Origin: Selaginella moellendorffii
Lineage: Eukaryota; Plantae; Lycopodiophyta
Assembly: GCF_000143415.4 (NCBI RefSeq)
Contig: NW_003314412.1
Location: 1 to 64,000, forward strand
Length of the DNA stretch: 64,000 nt
Direction of reading: 5' to 3'
Of the stretch, positions 49,413 through 63,169 are shown piece after piece. The translations under genes were made by a program, and so were the position numbers. The notes beneath the pieces are model-generated. The model had not been told where the DNA came from and did not search any database. It worked only from the letters and a program-made list of their open reading frames with translations. How positions within the stretch are numbered: position 1 is the first letter of the stretch; each line of letters starts with the position of its first letter.

Positions 49413-52400
49413 TATCGCAAATGTGACTTCGGGTATTGAAAGTTACTTATCAGCCAGTCCTTACAGACACTCTTTCCTTACTACCACGACGGCAGAAGGT
49501 TGGTATTGCTGGACCCGTTATCAATCTCCGCTTAAGGTAGTTAAGAAATTGGTCTTCGCATGTGCACTTGACCAGATGAGCATAAGGATAAAATTCCTAA
49601 GTGCTATTAGTCAAGCATACTTGACCTGGTTAAAGAAACTCATTGTTGACTTACACTTGTTAGTATTGGGAACCCTCATGATATTGAGCTTGGTCCCTCA
49701 ATATTAGCAAGATGATAGTTTTTTGTATCCGCCAAACACCCTCGCTATCATGCCCTTTGAGTTAGTCTCATTCTGGTACCAAATGCTATTTATAGAAAGT
49801 GTTTAGATTCGCTCATTTGGCATATTTACGGAATGTAGAGATTGTCTTGAACACAATGGTGTTCATCCCGTGTCCAAATTCGCAATCTAGCACCATTCCA
49901 TATTTAATAAGTTTCGAGCTTGTCCCATAGACTAACTCTTGATTAAGGGAGGCTTGGGGTGAAAGCCCAAAGCATGTGTTCCTCAAGTGGGTGGGTGTGG
50001 GTGGTTCCAAATGTAAAGTAGGGATAGTGGGTAGGTTGGGCATGGTTGACCAACTTGAGGTATAGTCTAGCTCCTGCTTGTGTGCCTATCCTTGTTTTGC
50101 GTCCGGCTTGGGTCTAAGCCCAAGCTCCACACCATGTTAGCTGGTGGAGTACCCATATCCTTGCGTTAGGCCACTGGTATGCTGAAATAGTGCCAGACTC
50201 CGTTTGGCTCCATTTTGCATGTTGGTCCTGGCATTGGGATGCTGGATACTCTAAGACTGTTCCAAGTCGCTCTGTGCTCTTGTCCCTTTGCTCCTTAGGC
50301 TGTATGCTTGGGAGTTGATCTGTGGCTTAGTTCTGTCACTCCTTGGCTTCATGCTTGGGAGTTTGGCACTGTTCCTTTGTTCAATGGCCCAAGGCCCTAA
50401 ACCTTGGGTCCCACACCACTATTCTATGGACACGTGGCATGTGACATGTGGCATATAACACGTGGCATATGGAGGGTTTAGGTTCCATTTCGTGGTGTTA
50501 TCCTATGGTAAATCACCATAAGATAAAGGGTAAAAACCACATGTGTTACATTTGGTATTAGAAAATAAGTCTTGGCGAGTACTATCCAATGAGGTTGGGC
50601 AATTAGTCTTGTTGTATATGCAGAGATGAAAACGATGATCCAAGTGGGTACATGTTTGGGTGCAAAGGCTTTGCAATGGTCCCTTGAGTATGGATTTGGT
50701 TACCTTTTTATACCATATTATGTCAGCTTGCTCTTGGGCTCATAAGATGATTGAGATACTTCGTTTGCACGAGTTTGCGCTTGGGCTCATGAGTGAGGCA
50801 CATTAGCAACTCAAGGTTGTACTTTGAGTTGGCAGGATTAATGTTAGCCTATCGATGGTTCTAAGAATTGTTCCATGTACCATGGGTGAAAGTAAATCTT
50901 CCCTGGTTTTGCTATGAGTGGCAAATAGACTAACCAAGACACAAGACTACCAAGACTAAGTCAAGATCAGTGAGAGCTCCCTACTCTCATAAAGTTTAAC
51001 AAAATGCAAGGTGCAACTTGCCACCAAGCACAACGCTATAGAAGAAAGGTACAAGGGTCACCTTTATAGAAAAGTGCAATGGCCATTTTTCTACACCAAC
51101 TCTAGACTCTATCCAACTCAACTGCCTTAGCCCCAAAAAGCTAGCATCCCTCATACAAATTATATACTAAAGTCTAAGTTAACCAAAGTCAACTTCAACC
51201 CCTTCACTAGTTTGTATTGGGGTTCGAAAATAGAAAGGTTTTCGAGCAAAGTGACCAATAAATCAGATATTGGAAAATCCTAAGAAAATTTGTAGAAAAT
51301 TTTCCATCCTAGAGAAAGAATGACTCTCAATGTAGGAATGCAAACTTTCAAGACTCAACTAACCTCCTCTTACATACAACTTCATATAGATTCACCTCAA
51401 CACAAATTCTCAAGACCTATAGTATGCTTAAGCCTTGAACATCTTTTCCCATATAACCGACATTCAACACTGACATTCGCAAAATGCAAAGTGAACATCC
51501 AAGGCTTAATCAAGAATACCACATTTTCGGATATCCACACTACACTAACACTCTTCTTCAACCACCTTCAAGATCCAATGTGAAGCCAAAACATTAACAA
51601 GAAAAATGATATGGAGAATCAAGCTCTAAAGAAAATTCCTCAATACTTAAACAACAATGCCACTTTCACTAACATAAGTGTTAGTAATGTCAATGCCTCA
51701 ACTACACACCTTCTCCATCCAAAAATCTGCTCCAACTACTAACGGATCAACTGTGAGCTATAGCAAATGAATGCTACAACCTTTTCCAACACCTTAATGG
51801 GCAAACTCAAGGAAACAAGGTACCAACTTAAGCTTAGTATATCATAGATCACTATTGAGAATCTAGTTAAAGTTACTACAATGCTACTATTTGCAAGTAA
51901 ACTAGCTTCACTATCAACCACTTTGGGGGTGATCATCGTTAAACCAAGCAACTTCGCAAACACATTACTCATTATCACATGGACATGATATAAAAATCAC
52001 AATGACTTGATCATCAATTGAGTAACACCACGAGCAATGCCTATATCATTACTTCAAAGATTATATGAATATCAAGTGCCAACTCAATTCAACAAAATGC
52101 AACATAAATGCTACACCTCACCAATAGAGATTTACAACACCTAACACCACTAACTTTTGTTCATAACACGGACTAGCTCATGCCACTCTTTATCTGACCA
52201 AACTTAAAACTAATCCAACACTAAGTTACTCAAAGAGCAATAGCAAGGTTCCCCAAAAAAGAATTAAACATTGTAACCCAAGTTTTCCAATAGTAAGCCT
52301 AAACAAAAATGATTTAGCACTTAACCACTTTCCATCCCATGACTCACCACTTGTAAACTATCACTTCCAACATGCATCAAGGTAGGGACTCTTGATTGCA

Positions 52401-55400
52401 TATTGTGAATATGAGCAATGAGTCACACTTCATTGCAAATCATCCCTCCAAGAAGAGAGAAAATGACTTACGTATTTGATCCTTCGTCCCTTAGAACTCT
52501 CTTTTCGCTCTCATCTTTGACCAAACCTCAAGCTTTGCTTTTGCATTGCTATCAGTCCAATCCAAGAAATGTTTTTGAGAGAGTATAGCAATGACTACTT
52601 GAACCAATAGACTAATCCCTATAGTCTTAATTGATCCACTCATAATCATGCCTAAGAAGGATCCACTAGTGCCATGCTAAATAGCTACAGACTGAGGATA
52701 GTGATGTCCAATTTAGTTGTTTGAGGTTGAGATGTTAATACCCGTATTATAGCGTTGTTTACGAGGAGGTTGTGTACCAATATGAGTCCATCTCATGGTC
52801 ATCACTTTAGTTTCGACTAAGTGTTGATTATGCATAATTAGCCTCTTCAAGGTATGCTCAAAACTATTGGCTAAATGCAAAAGTGAGCTTATTTCAATTG
52901 AGTTGGATTCGAGTGGTTATTTAATTTGTACTTGTCCATGAACTTATATCTCGTACATGAGGTATTACATTACTATTGGACAAGTATATAACTTATGACA
53001 AGTGTTGGTGTTTAGGCCTTGTGAAGGTAAGTTGAGGAGTGATTGTTAGTTGCTTTGCAACTAGTGATTATTTGTAGACTTTGTCAAAGACTATTGATAC
53101 TTGTTTTGCTCGATGATGATTTAGTAGTGATGGGCTTGCTTTACCGGATAGTGTTGCAAAGGATCATGTCGTTAGACTTATATGGTTTTCCCATGTTGGC
53201 ATATCAATTCTACTTTTGTCGATGTCATTTGGTTATATTTAGTCTGTAGTGTTGGATTACGTTGAGTCTTGGACATGGTGATTCACTCCTTCAGGAAGTG
53301 TTATTTGTAACTAAGTTTTGCTAAAGGATTGGTCTCGGTTACTGATTAAGGTATCTTCGACCTTGGTTAGCTTGGTTGTTAAAGAGCTTTGAGTGGTGAT
53401 TCATTCTTGCTTTCTTCTAACTTTGTTATGGTGTTGACGGCATTGTGGTGGTGCCTTGTTGTTGACATTGTTGATGTTGAGATTCGAGTGAAATGGATAT
53501 CTCTCCTCAGGATTAATATTGAGTTTCATTAGTCTTGATGAAGATAGTGTTGATGATTTGGTTATAACTCTGTGTTATTGGCATTGGTGCATTTGCTAAT
53601 TAGCAATTGTATTGATGTTCAAATAAACTGAGTGGCAAATTTGGGTTAGTTGTATTCTAGACGAAATTGTTTAGTAGGGATTAAACTTTGAGCTTTTCTT
53701 TGAAAAGTGATTCAATTGTAGACTATGCTAGCCTTACAAGTGAAAGAATTAGTGATTGATATTGAAGTGATTGAATCTTTGTTGAACTTTAGTTAAAATA
53801 TATCAATCATTGATGATTTTCCTTGTGCTTGTTACGAAGTGAGTTACATCTTGCTAAAGATGGATTCATGGAAGATCGATTTGATGATCACTTGTTGAGC
53901 ATAGCTCCATTATGTTTAGCTTTTGGATTAATGCAAACATATTTTTCATTAACTTTAGCATTATGAAGTTTGGTTTATAGATATGTTGAGAAGGATCTTG
54001 TGGGTTGTACTATGATTTCTCTTTAGCATTAAAGTTAGCTTCTACAAGATTCATGATCATTATTATGCAAGACTTGGCTATAGGCTTCTTCGAGCTTTTG
54101 GTTCCTTGAATTTTGTGCTCATTGTTCCATTTGTTAAAAGTTGTTAGGGAAGGCATTTTGGCTCCTAGCTTTAATGTTGAAGTTAATATTTACATTTAGC
54201 AATCATTGGTGATAATTGACTATCATTTAGGATAATTGATTATCTTTATTAAAGATTTTGCTTGATTATTATTGATCTAGAATGATTTGCCATTCTTTGG
54301 GATGGTGATTCTTTTTTCAATGATGATTATGCATCTCTTTATTGATGGGATGATTGATAATCTTTTATGATGGTTAGTTGTTCTCTTTGATGGCTTATAG
54401 CTTTTTGCAATACCATGTGTTTTTTTGTGGTTTGCTTTGGATTGGTCTTTTGGGTTTGAGACATCGGTAGGATGTTGCTAACAGTTGCTTCAGCAACTTG
54501 AGTTCCTTTGTATTATTGACTGAGATCTATTTAGTTTGGCTTCTGTGATAATTGGCGTGAATGAGTGTTTGTTGATTTTACCGCATTCATTCTGTTCTGT
54601 TGATTATTGTTTGAGTTAGTTCTGATAGATTGGGTTGTTATTTCCTTCAGGTGATACATTCACGAGCATCTTACTTGCCAGTCGATAATACTTTGTGTTC
54701 TTTGAGTTATCTTATATAAGTTATTTAGTAAAATCTTTGATAGTTAAGTTTTATCATTGAGTTTTCTTGATGATATACTTGCTACTGAATTTTGTTGGAT
54801 GGTGAATCCTATGTTTCCAATGATAGTGATCATTGTGGTTCCTATCCTATAATATTGGTTTATCGGATGATAACTTACTTGGAATACTTTTGTGTTCTAA
54901 TTTGAGCTTTATTCACTAATAATTAAGTATCTAAGATATCATTGTCTCTTGATATTGTTCATCTATTGATCTTTTGAGTTTGGGCCAGTATATGCAGACT
55001 CGCTTCGGCACTTTGTGTGCATGTTGAAATCTTTAGTCATGGGGTAGCTAGTGTCGACTAGTCACATCACCTGCCTTTCTGTCGATGATCTTTATTCCAT
55101 TAAAAGGGCGTGACTGTGTAAACAACTCTAACTGCCTGTTTACAGTAGTTTATCTGAATATTACCGACGGGTTTAGTTTCTTTGCTCATGAGGGTTGGGG
55201 CCTTTGGCTTCTCTCTCTATGTCCCTGTGGGCAAGGGCATATCACACTTTTGTAAACTGGGTGACAACCAGAGTAGCAAGGGTGGCTAACTCTGTTGGTT
55301 ATTTCCTTGTCAGCGATGATCGGAAGGTGTCTAAGCTGGTAGCGCATCCGCGTTAAATAAAAAGGTTGCCTCTTAACTCCTTTAAGTTGGTGCATTTCTC

Positions 55401-57663
55401 ACATAGTGTGATCACCATGAACTTTTTTTAGAGTTGTTTCCTTCGCAGTGGTCTAGGCTCGAGTATGCATCGATGAGGACGTCGATCTTCCCTAGGGGGG
55501 GGAGAGTGTCACGAATGTGACTTCAGGTATCGAAAGTTACCTGTCAGCCAGTCCTTACGGACACTCTTTCCTTACTACCACAATAGCAAAAGGTCAATAT
55601 TGTTGGACCCATTATCAGTCTCCGTTTGTTAATCCTCTGATACCAAATGTAGCGCATGTGGTTTTTACCCTTTATCCTATGGTGATTTACCATAGGATAA
55701 CCACAAAGCGGAACCTAAACCCTCTTTGTGCCACGTGACACATGCCACATGTCACATGCCACGTGTCCAAAGGAACGTGGTGTGGAACCCGAGTTCAGGG
55801 CCTTGGGCCACTGAATGAAAGAATGGTGCCAAACTCCCAAGCATGGAGCCAAGGAGTGATGGAACCGGGCCACAGAGCTACTCCCAAGCATACAGCCCAA
55901 GGAGCGAAGGAACAAGAGCCCGGAGCGACTTAGAATAGTCCTAGAGCAATCAGCATCCCAATGCTAGGACCAACATGCAAAACAGGGTTAAACGGAGTCT
56001 GGTGGTATTTCAGCATACTAGTGGCCTAATATGAAAACATGGGTACTCCACCAACTAGCATGGTGTGGAGTTTAGGCTTAGACCCAAGCCGGATGCGAAA
56101 CAAGGACAGGCACGCAAGTGGGAGCTAGACTATGCCTCAAGTTAGTCGGCTATGCCCGACCTACCCACTATCCCTACTATACATCTGGAACCCCCCTTGA
56201 GGAACACACTCTTTGGGCTTTCACTCTAAGCCTCCTTTAGTATCAGGAGTTAGTCTCTAGGATAAGCTTGAAACTTACTAAATATGGAATGGCACTAGAA
56301 TGTGAATTTGGACACAGGACGAACACCATTGTGTTTAGGCCAATCTCTACATTCCGTAGATATGCCAAATGAGCAAATCTAGACACTTTCCATAAATAGC
56401 ATTTGGGACTGAAATGAGACTAACACAAAGGGCATGATAGCGATGGTGTTTGGTAGACACGGTAAGCTATCATCTAGCTATATTGAGGGACTAATTTCAA
56501 TACACAGGGTTTTTTGTCACTAGCAAATGCAAAACAAAACGAGACGGGAACTCCTTACCGGGCTAAGTATGCTTAACTAATAACACGTAAGAATTCTGTC
56601 CTTATGCTCGTCCGGTCTAAATACACTCGAAATGCCTAGTTAACTCCACTAGCACAAGAGGGACTGATAAAGGGTCCAGCAATACCGACCTCCTACTGTC
56701 GTGGCAGTAAGGAAAGAGTGTCTGTAAGGATTGGCCAACAAGTAACTTTCGATACCTGAAGTCACATTCGCAACAGACTTGCACTTGCTAGTGTTGGGAA
56801 CCCCCACGATATTGAGCTTGGTCCCTTAATATTCGCAAGATGATAGTTTACCGTGTCTGCCAAACACCCTCGCTATCATGCCCTTTATATTAGTCTCATT
56901 CAGGTCCCAAATGATATTTATTCAAAATGTCTAAATTCGCTCATTTGGCATATCTACGAAATGTAGAGATTGTCCTGAACACAATAGTGTTCATCCTGTG
57001 TCCAAATTCACAATCTAGCACTATTCCATATTTAGTAAGTTTTGAGCTTGTCCCAGAGATTAACTCCTAATACTAAAGGAGACTTGGGGTGAAAGCCCAA
57101 AGCGTGTATTCCTCAAGGGGGGGGGGGGGGGGGGGGGGGGGCGGATAGTAGGGATAGTGGGTAAGTCGGGCATGGCCAACCAACCTGAGGTATAGTCTAT
57201 CTCCTGCTTGCGTGCCTGTCCTTGTTCTGTGTTTGGCTTGGGTCTAAGCCCAAGCTCTACACTATGCTAGCTGATGAAGTACCCATATCCTCACGTTAGG
57301 CCACTGGTATGCTAAAATAACACCAAACTCTATTTGGCTCTGTTTTGCGTGTTGATCCTGGCATTGGGATGCTAGATACTCTAGGACTATTCCAAGTCAC
57401 TTCGTGCTCATGTCCCTTTGCTCCTTAGGCTATATACTCAAGAGTTGCTCCGTGGCTCGATTCTGTCACTCCTTGGCTCCATGCTTGGGAGGTTAGCACC
57501 GTTCCTTCATTCAGTGGCCCAAAGCCTTGAACCTTGGGTTCCACACCACTGTTCTATGGACACATGGCATGTGACACGTGGCATATGAAGGGTTTAGGTT
57601 CCGCTTTGTGGTGTTATCCTATGGTAAATCACCATAGGATGGGTAAAAACCATGTGCACTACA
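49413..57663 (+). mobile_element. Non-autonomous (LARD-like) LTR element, family B
   Basis: TSD AACGC at 49408-49412 and 57664-57668. 5' LTR 49413-50550, degenerate PBS at 50553, PPT 55494-55506, 3' LTR 55507-55630 + 56776-57663. No recognisable gag/pol inside. Confidence 0.88.
55631..56775 (-). repeat. Inverted family B LTR plus its PBS, inside the 3' LTR
   Basis: Minus strand: TGTTGCGAATGTGAC (56775) ... GCGCTACA (55648), then TTTGGTATCAGAGG. Confidence 0.85.
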
Positions 57664-57934
57664 AACGCTTCATCTGGTGAGGTGTTCCTCTTCTCTTCTT
57701 TTTCTTTTTCTCCCTTTCTTTCACTTTACTTTCATGGCTCTTTTTCTTACTTTCAGAGGGTGTTTCTCCATTGGACCGTGGCTTGTGCCTTGGATTTCAT
57801 GCTCAGGCTGCATTGCCGTTTGTATGGAGGTTCCTCACTTGGCCCAGTCTATGTTCCAAGTTCTTTGGTCCTTCCCTTACCATTACTTTTTTCTTAGTAT
57901 ATAGTGTGTTTTCTTATAACTTTTTAAACACTAA

Positions 57935-59800
57935 CCCCAAGTGTTTCAAATGGTCTTCTAACATTTCTTTAAAGACTAAAGCATCATCGATATATAGGAC
58001 AATAAAATATGTTAAATAATTTCTAAATATTCTATCCATAATTATATTGAATATAGCTGGAGCATTATATAACCCAAAAAACATAATGAGGAATTCATAG
58101 GATCCATAAGGAGTTTTAAAGGCTGTCTTCTCTACATCCTAATCTACCACCTATATTTAATGATATTTAGACCGCAAATCAAATTACATAAAATACTTAG
58201 CTTTCAAGAGTTGGTCAAATAAGTCATTAATGTGAGGAAAAGGATAACTGTTTTTGGCCATAATCTTGTTCAGAGCCTAATAATTAATACACATCCTCAT
58301 AGTACTATTTTTTTTCATAAAAAAACCTTATGACCTTTATTAAAAAGTTCTATGAGATTCTTCTTGAGTTCAACCATCTCCTTAATATTCAAATAGTATA
58401 GAGCTTTTGTGGGTGGCTTAAAACCTAGAACAATATCAACTTCATAACTAGGAGGTAGCTTTGGTGGTAAATTTTTCGAAAAGATATCTTAATTGTTTGC
58501 CAATAGGCTCATGAGCATATGTAGAATTACTAAGAGGCTCCTAAATACATTCACATATTAGGTAACCTTTCCATTTAACAAGATACTTCTAACACTTTGA
58601 ATTTTTAATCTAATACATATAACCATACCCAATCTCCCACTTGATAAGTTTCATCTTGGCAATGCTAATCCTTATCATGCCAATACCTATGCTAAGCTTT
58701 GCTTATTGTTTTAGTAATTCTAGACCAACCTTGGAAAAGTTGATCCACATAAGTCTCAATGGCTAATTATATTTCATGCCTCTCCACAAAAGAAACAATA
58801 AACCACACTACTTATTATGCTAAGAGTAGGTTTCATAGATTGCTACTACTTGTACCTATTAGGGGGAGGAATAGGGGGCTTACAATTAGAAAAAGATATT
58901 AGTGGTTACCAATCACTACTTTTATTGACCATTATTTAGTGAGTTTCTATATTATTTATTTCTGTTCACCTTGTTTATTCCTAAAATTCTTATTTTTATC
59001 CAAGGTAGTAGTACATGGTTGTTGATACTATTCTATGAACAAGTGATTAAAGGCAATTTGTTGTGCAAACTCCTTGCACTTTATATATGTTTTTGGTTTA
59101 AACTTCAAAATCTCATTTTAACAAAGTGAACTTAAACCTTCCAAGAAATAGCTCTAAGCATTTTCATCACTCATATTTACAATTATAATACACTTTTGAG
59201 AAAATACATTAATATTATACATATTGCTTTAACTGTTAGAGCTCTAGGTGATGTCTTAAACCAAGATCATTTAGTAAATATTTCTTTTGGATATAAGATC
59301 TCATTTTAGTCCAACTTCTAGTTTACCCATTTTTAGTGTATATCTAGCACCACCAAGTTTTGGCATGATTAGTGAGAAAGGATTATATTTGCCACTATAA
59401 AATAGTTTTCCATATCATAGGCCCAATCTTCCAAAGCTTGATAATCCTGCATGCTTCTAAAATTGGGTGGTTTCAAAGGTTTAAACTTTAGAACTCATGC
59501 AATTGGGGCCAGTTATAAAACTTTAACATCCTCAAAATTTTAAAAAGAGTTTGGCTACTTAGTTTTAACTAATTTAGCTACCTTAGCTTCTTTCTTCCTC
59601 TTCTTATTCTCCTTTAATTTGTGAATTTCCTTTGTAAATTCTAAATCTTAATATTTTGAATTGTACATTATAGTGCAACCTTTAGCCTAAGATCTTTCTC
59701 TTTTGACTTAGCCTCAACTTCTTTTATAGCATCTCTAGTAGGAGTTTCCTCTTTTTGATTTACTCATCTAAAGGTTTTAGCATCATTAACATAATTCTAT
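57935..59800 (-). pseudogene. Heavily decayed chromovirus-like gag and RT remnants
   Basis: Minus strand KTAFKTPYGSYEFLIM (~58085-58130) and DYQALEDWAYDMENY (~59405-59447), similar to family A Gag. Confidence 0.7.
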
Positions 59801-60919
59801 TTTTCCATTTCAAGAGTTGCATGCATATCTGCAATAAATGAACATGTATACAATATTCTTACCAAATAGAGCAATTCAACAAATCCTATACAAGCAGTTT
59901 AAATCTTTTAGAAAAGTCTCTACATACGCAACTAGAGTCAAAAACTCTAACAACAGTTGCATAGAAATTGTTGAGATAATTCTTCTATAAGCACACACTA
60001 TAAAGTGTTGGAAATTGCATCTAGAACTTCAACCCCAATTACCTCAACACATCTAGCAACAACCCTTTGTGAATAACAGCTCCTTAGCACCATTAAGTTG
60101 ATACTAATAGTTGTTTGACTAGAGAGCACTTAAACAAGTCTTAGTTATTATTTGTGGCAAATATTTAGTAAACACCATTCTCATTGCCTTGCTAAAGCAA
60201 AGCAATACAAGCTTAAAAGAAGCATAAAATAGTTGTGCAAGAGTTGGAATCTACCTCAACATTAGCTCCATTAGCTCCCTTGACTTTATCTCTCATAACA
60301 TGTAAGTTATCTTTCACTTTGGCATGGTTTTACTATATCTATGTGGATCAAGTTTTACAAGGATGTAGCCAAGGGGATCTCCTTTTATGCCAAATAGTGG
60401 CCAAAGTCATCTCATAGAGCAAATCATAACAACATCTATCATATTGACAATTGATGATCTTTACTACCAATTCTTATGTCTTCTTTAACAACTAAAGGTT
60501 AGCATGTGTTCTTGGTGGAAAGGCCTCATCTATAGCCCCTGGGAGGATTTGTGGGACTGGGTAACTACTGGCTGCCAATATGGTTGATATGGTAGTGGTT
60601 TGCTCTACCCAAAATAAATGGGAAAAATTAATATGCTTGGAAAAGCAAATTGAATTATAGATAGAAGAGCAAGGTTGGTAGTAGTTTCATGCCCTTTTGC
60701 TCACTCCTTTATCTTTATGGGTGATTGCAATAGAGGACCTTCAGAGCATTAGGGAAATTCTATATTGCCTTGGATGGCAGAAAATTCCATATCTATAGAG
60801 GCATGGGAGGCTTTCAAGGTAACCTATTAGAAAAAATCACATTAAGTGGCTCATGTATTTGGTGAGGCCAGAATGGGCAAATCTAACATGTTATTTGGCA
60901 TTTGTGATTTTTTTAGTTA

Positions 60920-61760
60920 GTGATATTATGGGTTGTACCATGATTTCTTCTTTTCCCAACATCTCTTAATAAATGGAATAATGAGTATGAGAATTTAAAG
61001 AACCAAGGCATTTTAGCTCATTATCTTTGATGTTTAAGTTGGTATTTACATATAGCGATCATTGGTGATGATTGAGTATCATCTAGAGTTTGGTTATCCT
61101 TATCAATGATTTTGCTTTATTATTATTAATGTTGAATGAATTTGCTGTTCTTTGAGATAGTAGATTTTTTCTTTGACAATAATTATACATCTTTTTATTG
61201 ATGGGATGATTAATAATCTTTTATGATAGTTAGTTGTTCTCTTTGATAGTTTATAGCTTAGTGTATTACCATATGTTTTTTATGGTTTGCTTTAAATTAC
61301 TCTCTAGGTTTGAGAGATCATTAGGATGTTGCTAATTCTTGCTTAAGGAACTTAAGTTCCTTAGTATGATTGACTGAGATCTATTCAAATTGACTAATAT
61401 AATAATTGAAGTGAATGAGTGTTTGTTGGCCATTATGGCATTTATTCTGTTCCATTAATTATTGCATATGGTTGTTTTGTTAAATTAGGATGTTCTTTCC
61501 TTAGGTGATACATACACAAGCATTTTGTTTGCCAATCAATGAGACTTTATATACTTTAAGCTATTTTTTATAAGTTGTTTGACATGCTATTTGCAATCTT
61601 TAATAGTTAAGTTTTATCATTGATTTTTATTGATGATATATACTTACTATTTAAAGCTGTTGGATGATAAATCCTATGTCTTTTGATTATAATAATTTTG
61701 GTGGTTCCTATACTTTAATTCTGTTTATCAAATGATAACTTATTTGGAATACTTTTATAT
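60920..61760 (+). repeat. Diverged copy of family B internal region
   Basis: Colinear with ~53995-54900. Confidence 0.75.
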
Positions 61761-62125
61761 TCCAAAATGCACACTACACTTCCATTCACTTTGATACCAT
61801 GATCAGACTCATTCATTGTGGGATGTGTAGTCACATGACAAACTGCTATAGGGTCTTAGGATGCCATGTGGCTCTGATGTGGAGAGAGTGAGGATTCACT
61901 AACCTTAAGAAGCTCATGTGGATCCTTGGGACTTCTACTCATGTAGCTTTTTGACTCTCATATTACCACAAGCAAAGCAGCTACAATAGGTTTTGAACTA
62001 TTCCTTGTCTTACTCTAGAAAGATTTTTCTAAAAGAACTATGCTTTAGAGCAAGCAAACTTTGTAATATGCCCATGCCAGTATGACCTGTTTTAAATCTA
62101 GAAGGATAAGATCCAAATTCATATG

Positions 62126-62190
62126 GTCTGACATGGGATTTGAACCTGAGACCTCAAAAGGAGAAGAGGTTAAGTAACAACTAAAGGGGT
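62126..62190 (-). repeat. Possible degenerate tRNA-derived SINE head
   Basis: Minus strand GAGGTCTCAGGTTCAAATCCCATG, a B-box/T-arm-like motif; no full cloverleaf. Confidence 0.3.
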
Positions 62191-63169
62191 CACTTAGTTA
62201 AATTACTTAAATTATGGTGAGATCATCGCCTGTGGTGAGAGAGGAGCAAGGCAAGTTGGTTCTTATTGTTCATTCATCATGCCTAACTCTGGAATGGCTT
62301 TTTACTTTTGTGGGAGGCACATCAAAATTGACTATGGGAGAGGAGTTCCTCAGGACATTGGTTTGTCTCTCCCAAGGAATGAGCTTATTAACATTATTGC
62401 AATAAGCTCCATTGCCATCTCCCTAAAGGCATATTAGATTGTGTAGCGGGCATACACATAGAAAAGAAAAAGGCTGCTTCCAACCTGCATTCTTGAATAT
62501 CCATAGGTATTGGTTCATTTGTCTTCTAACCTGGTGCGTCATCTCCATCTGTGGCGAGTTAGAGTAAGGACGATGAACTCCCAGCGTCAATGTCACTACA
62601 ATAACATCTTATATCACTAGGTCCTTCAGAACATGTGAAGAAGACAGAGGCAAGTTTAATTCGTGTATCCCAATTTTGAATCCCTGAGTCATGCGATACG
62701 CTTGATGATGAGAATAATGTGCTTAATGATCCACGAAAGAATCTGCGATCACTGAGTAAGATTTTCTAGTTCACATTTTATCTTACACTGCACTTGGGAG
62801 CCTTTCCTGCGAATTTTTTGGTTTCCACGATACTGCAAAATTGGCATTAGTAAGGAAGAAAGAAGCTCAGCAACACGATCAAACAAGAACAAGCAGCATT
62901 GGTCTTGGCACATTGATAATTCCAGGTTACCTCATTGCGATCCCGACATTTCTCGCATCAGCTACATTCCCCTACACTCCGATCATCAACAAGAGCTTGG
63001 TCTCCACGTTCTGTGCAGGTCTTTAACCCTATTAGAAAAATTCAATATCATTGTCATTCGTGGGAAAATATGCTGGTGAGGAGCAGCCACGTGAACTTGA
63101 TTTTCCGTGCTTGGAAGGCGTGCCTAATCAAACCAGACTCAGTCCAAGTCGAAGGCTTCCAATTTTTTT

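Larger units (their letters stand above)
42346..57930 (+). mobile_element. Decayed Ty3/gypsy Tat-lineage (TatI-like) element, interrupted by a Cassandra-like solo LTR and by family B
   Basis: Possible LTR 42346-43593 followed by TGGCACCC. Gag; PR (VDALVDSS); additional RNase H (NEAEY..IGDAQL..VPREENFWADRL, 46685-47010) upstream of RT (PFGLCNAGATFQ..YMDD); RH; INT (PFFQWG..IDYFTKWVEA). INT end HLKR|FIW* resumes after 57663. Confidence 0.8.

Noticed and set aside
50428-50470. CACGTGGCATGTG repeats in family B LTRs as copies of the 22-bp palindrome
   Set aside because: G-box-like direct repeats lacking the 8-6-8 dyad with a GGCC centre.
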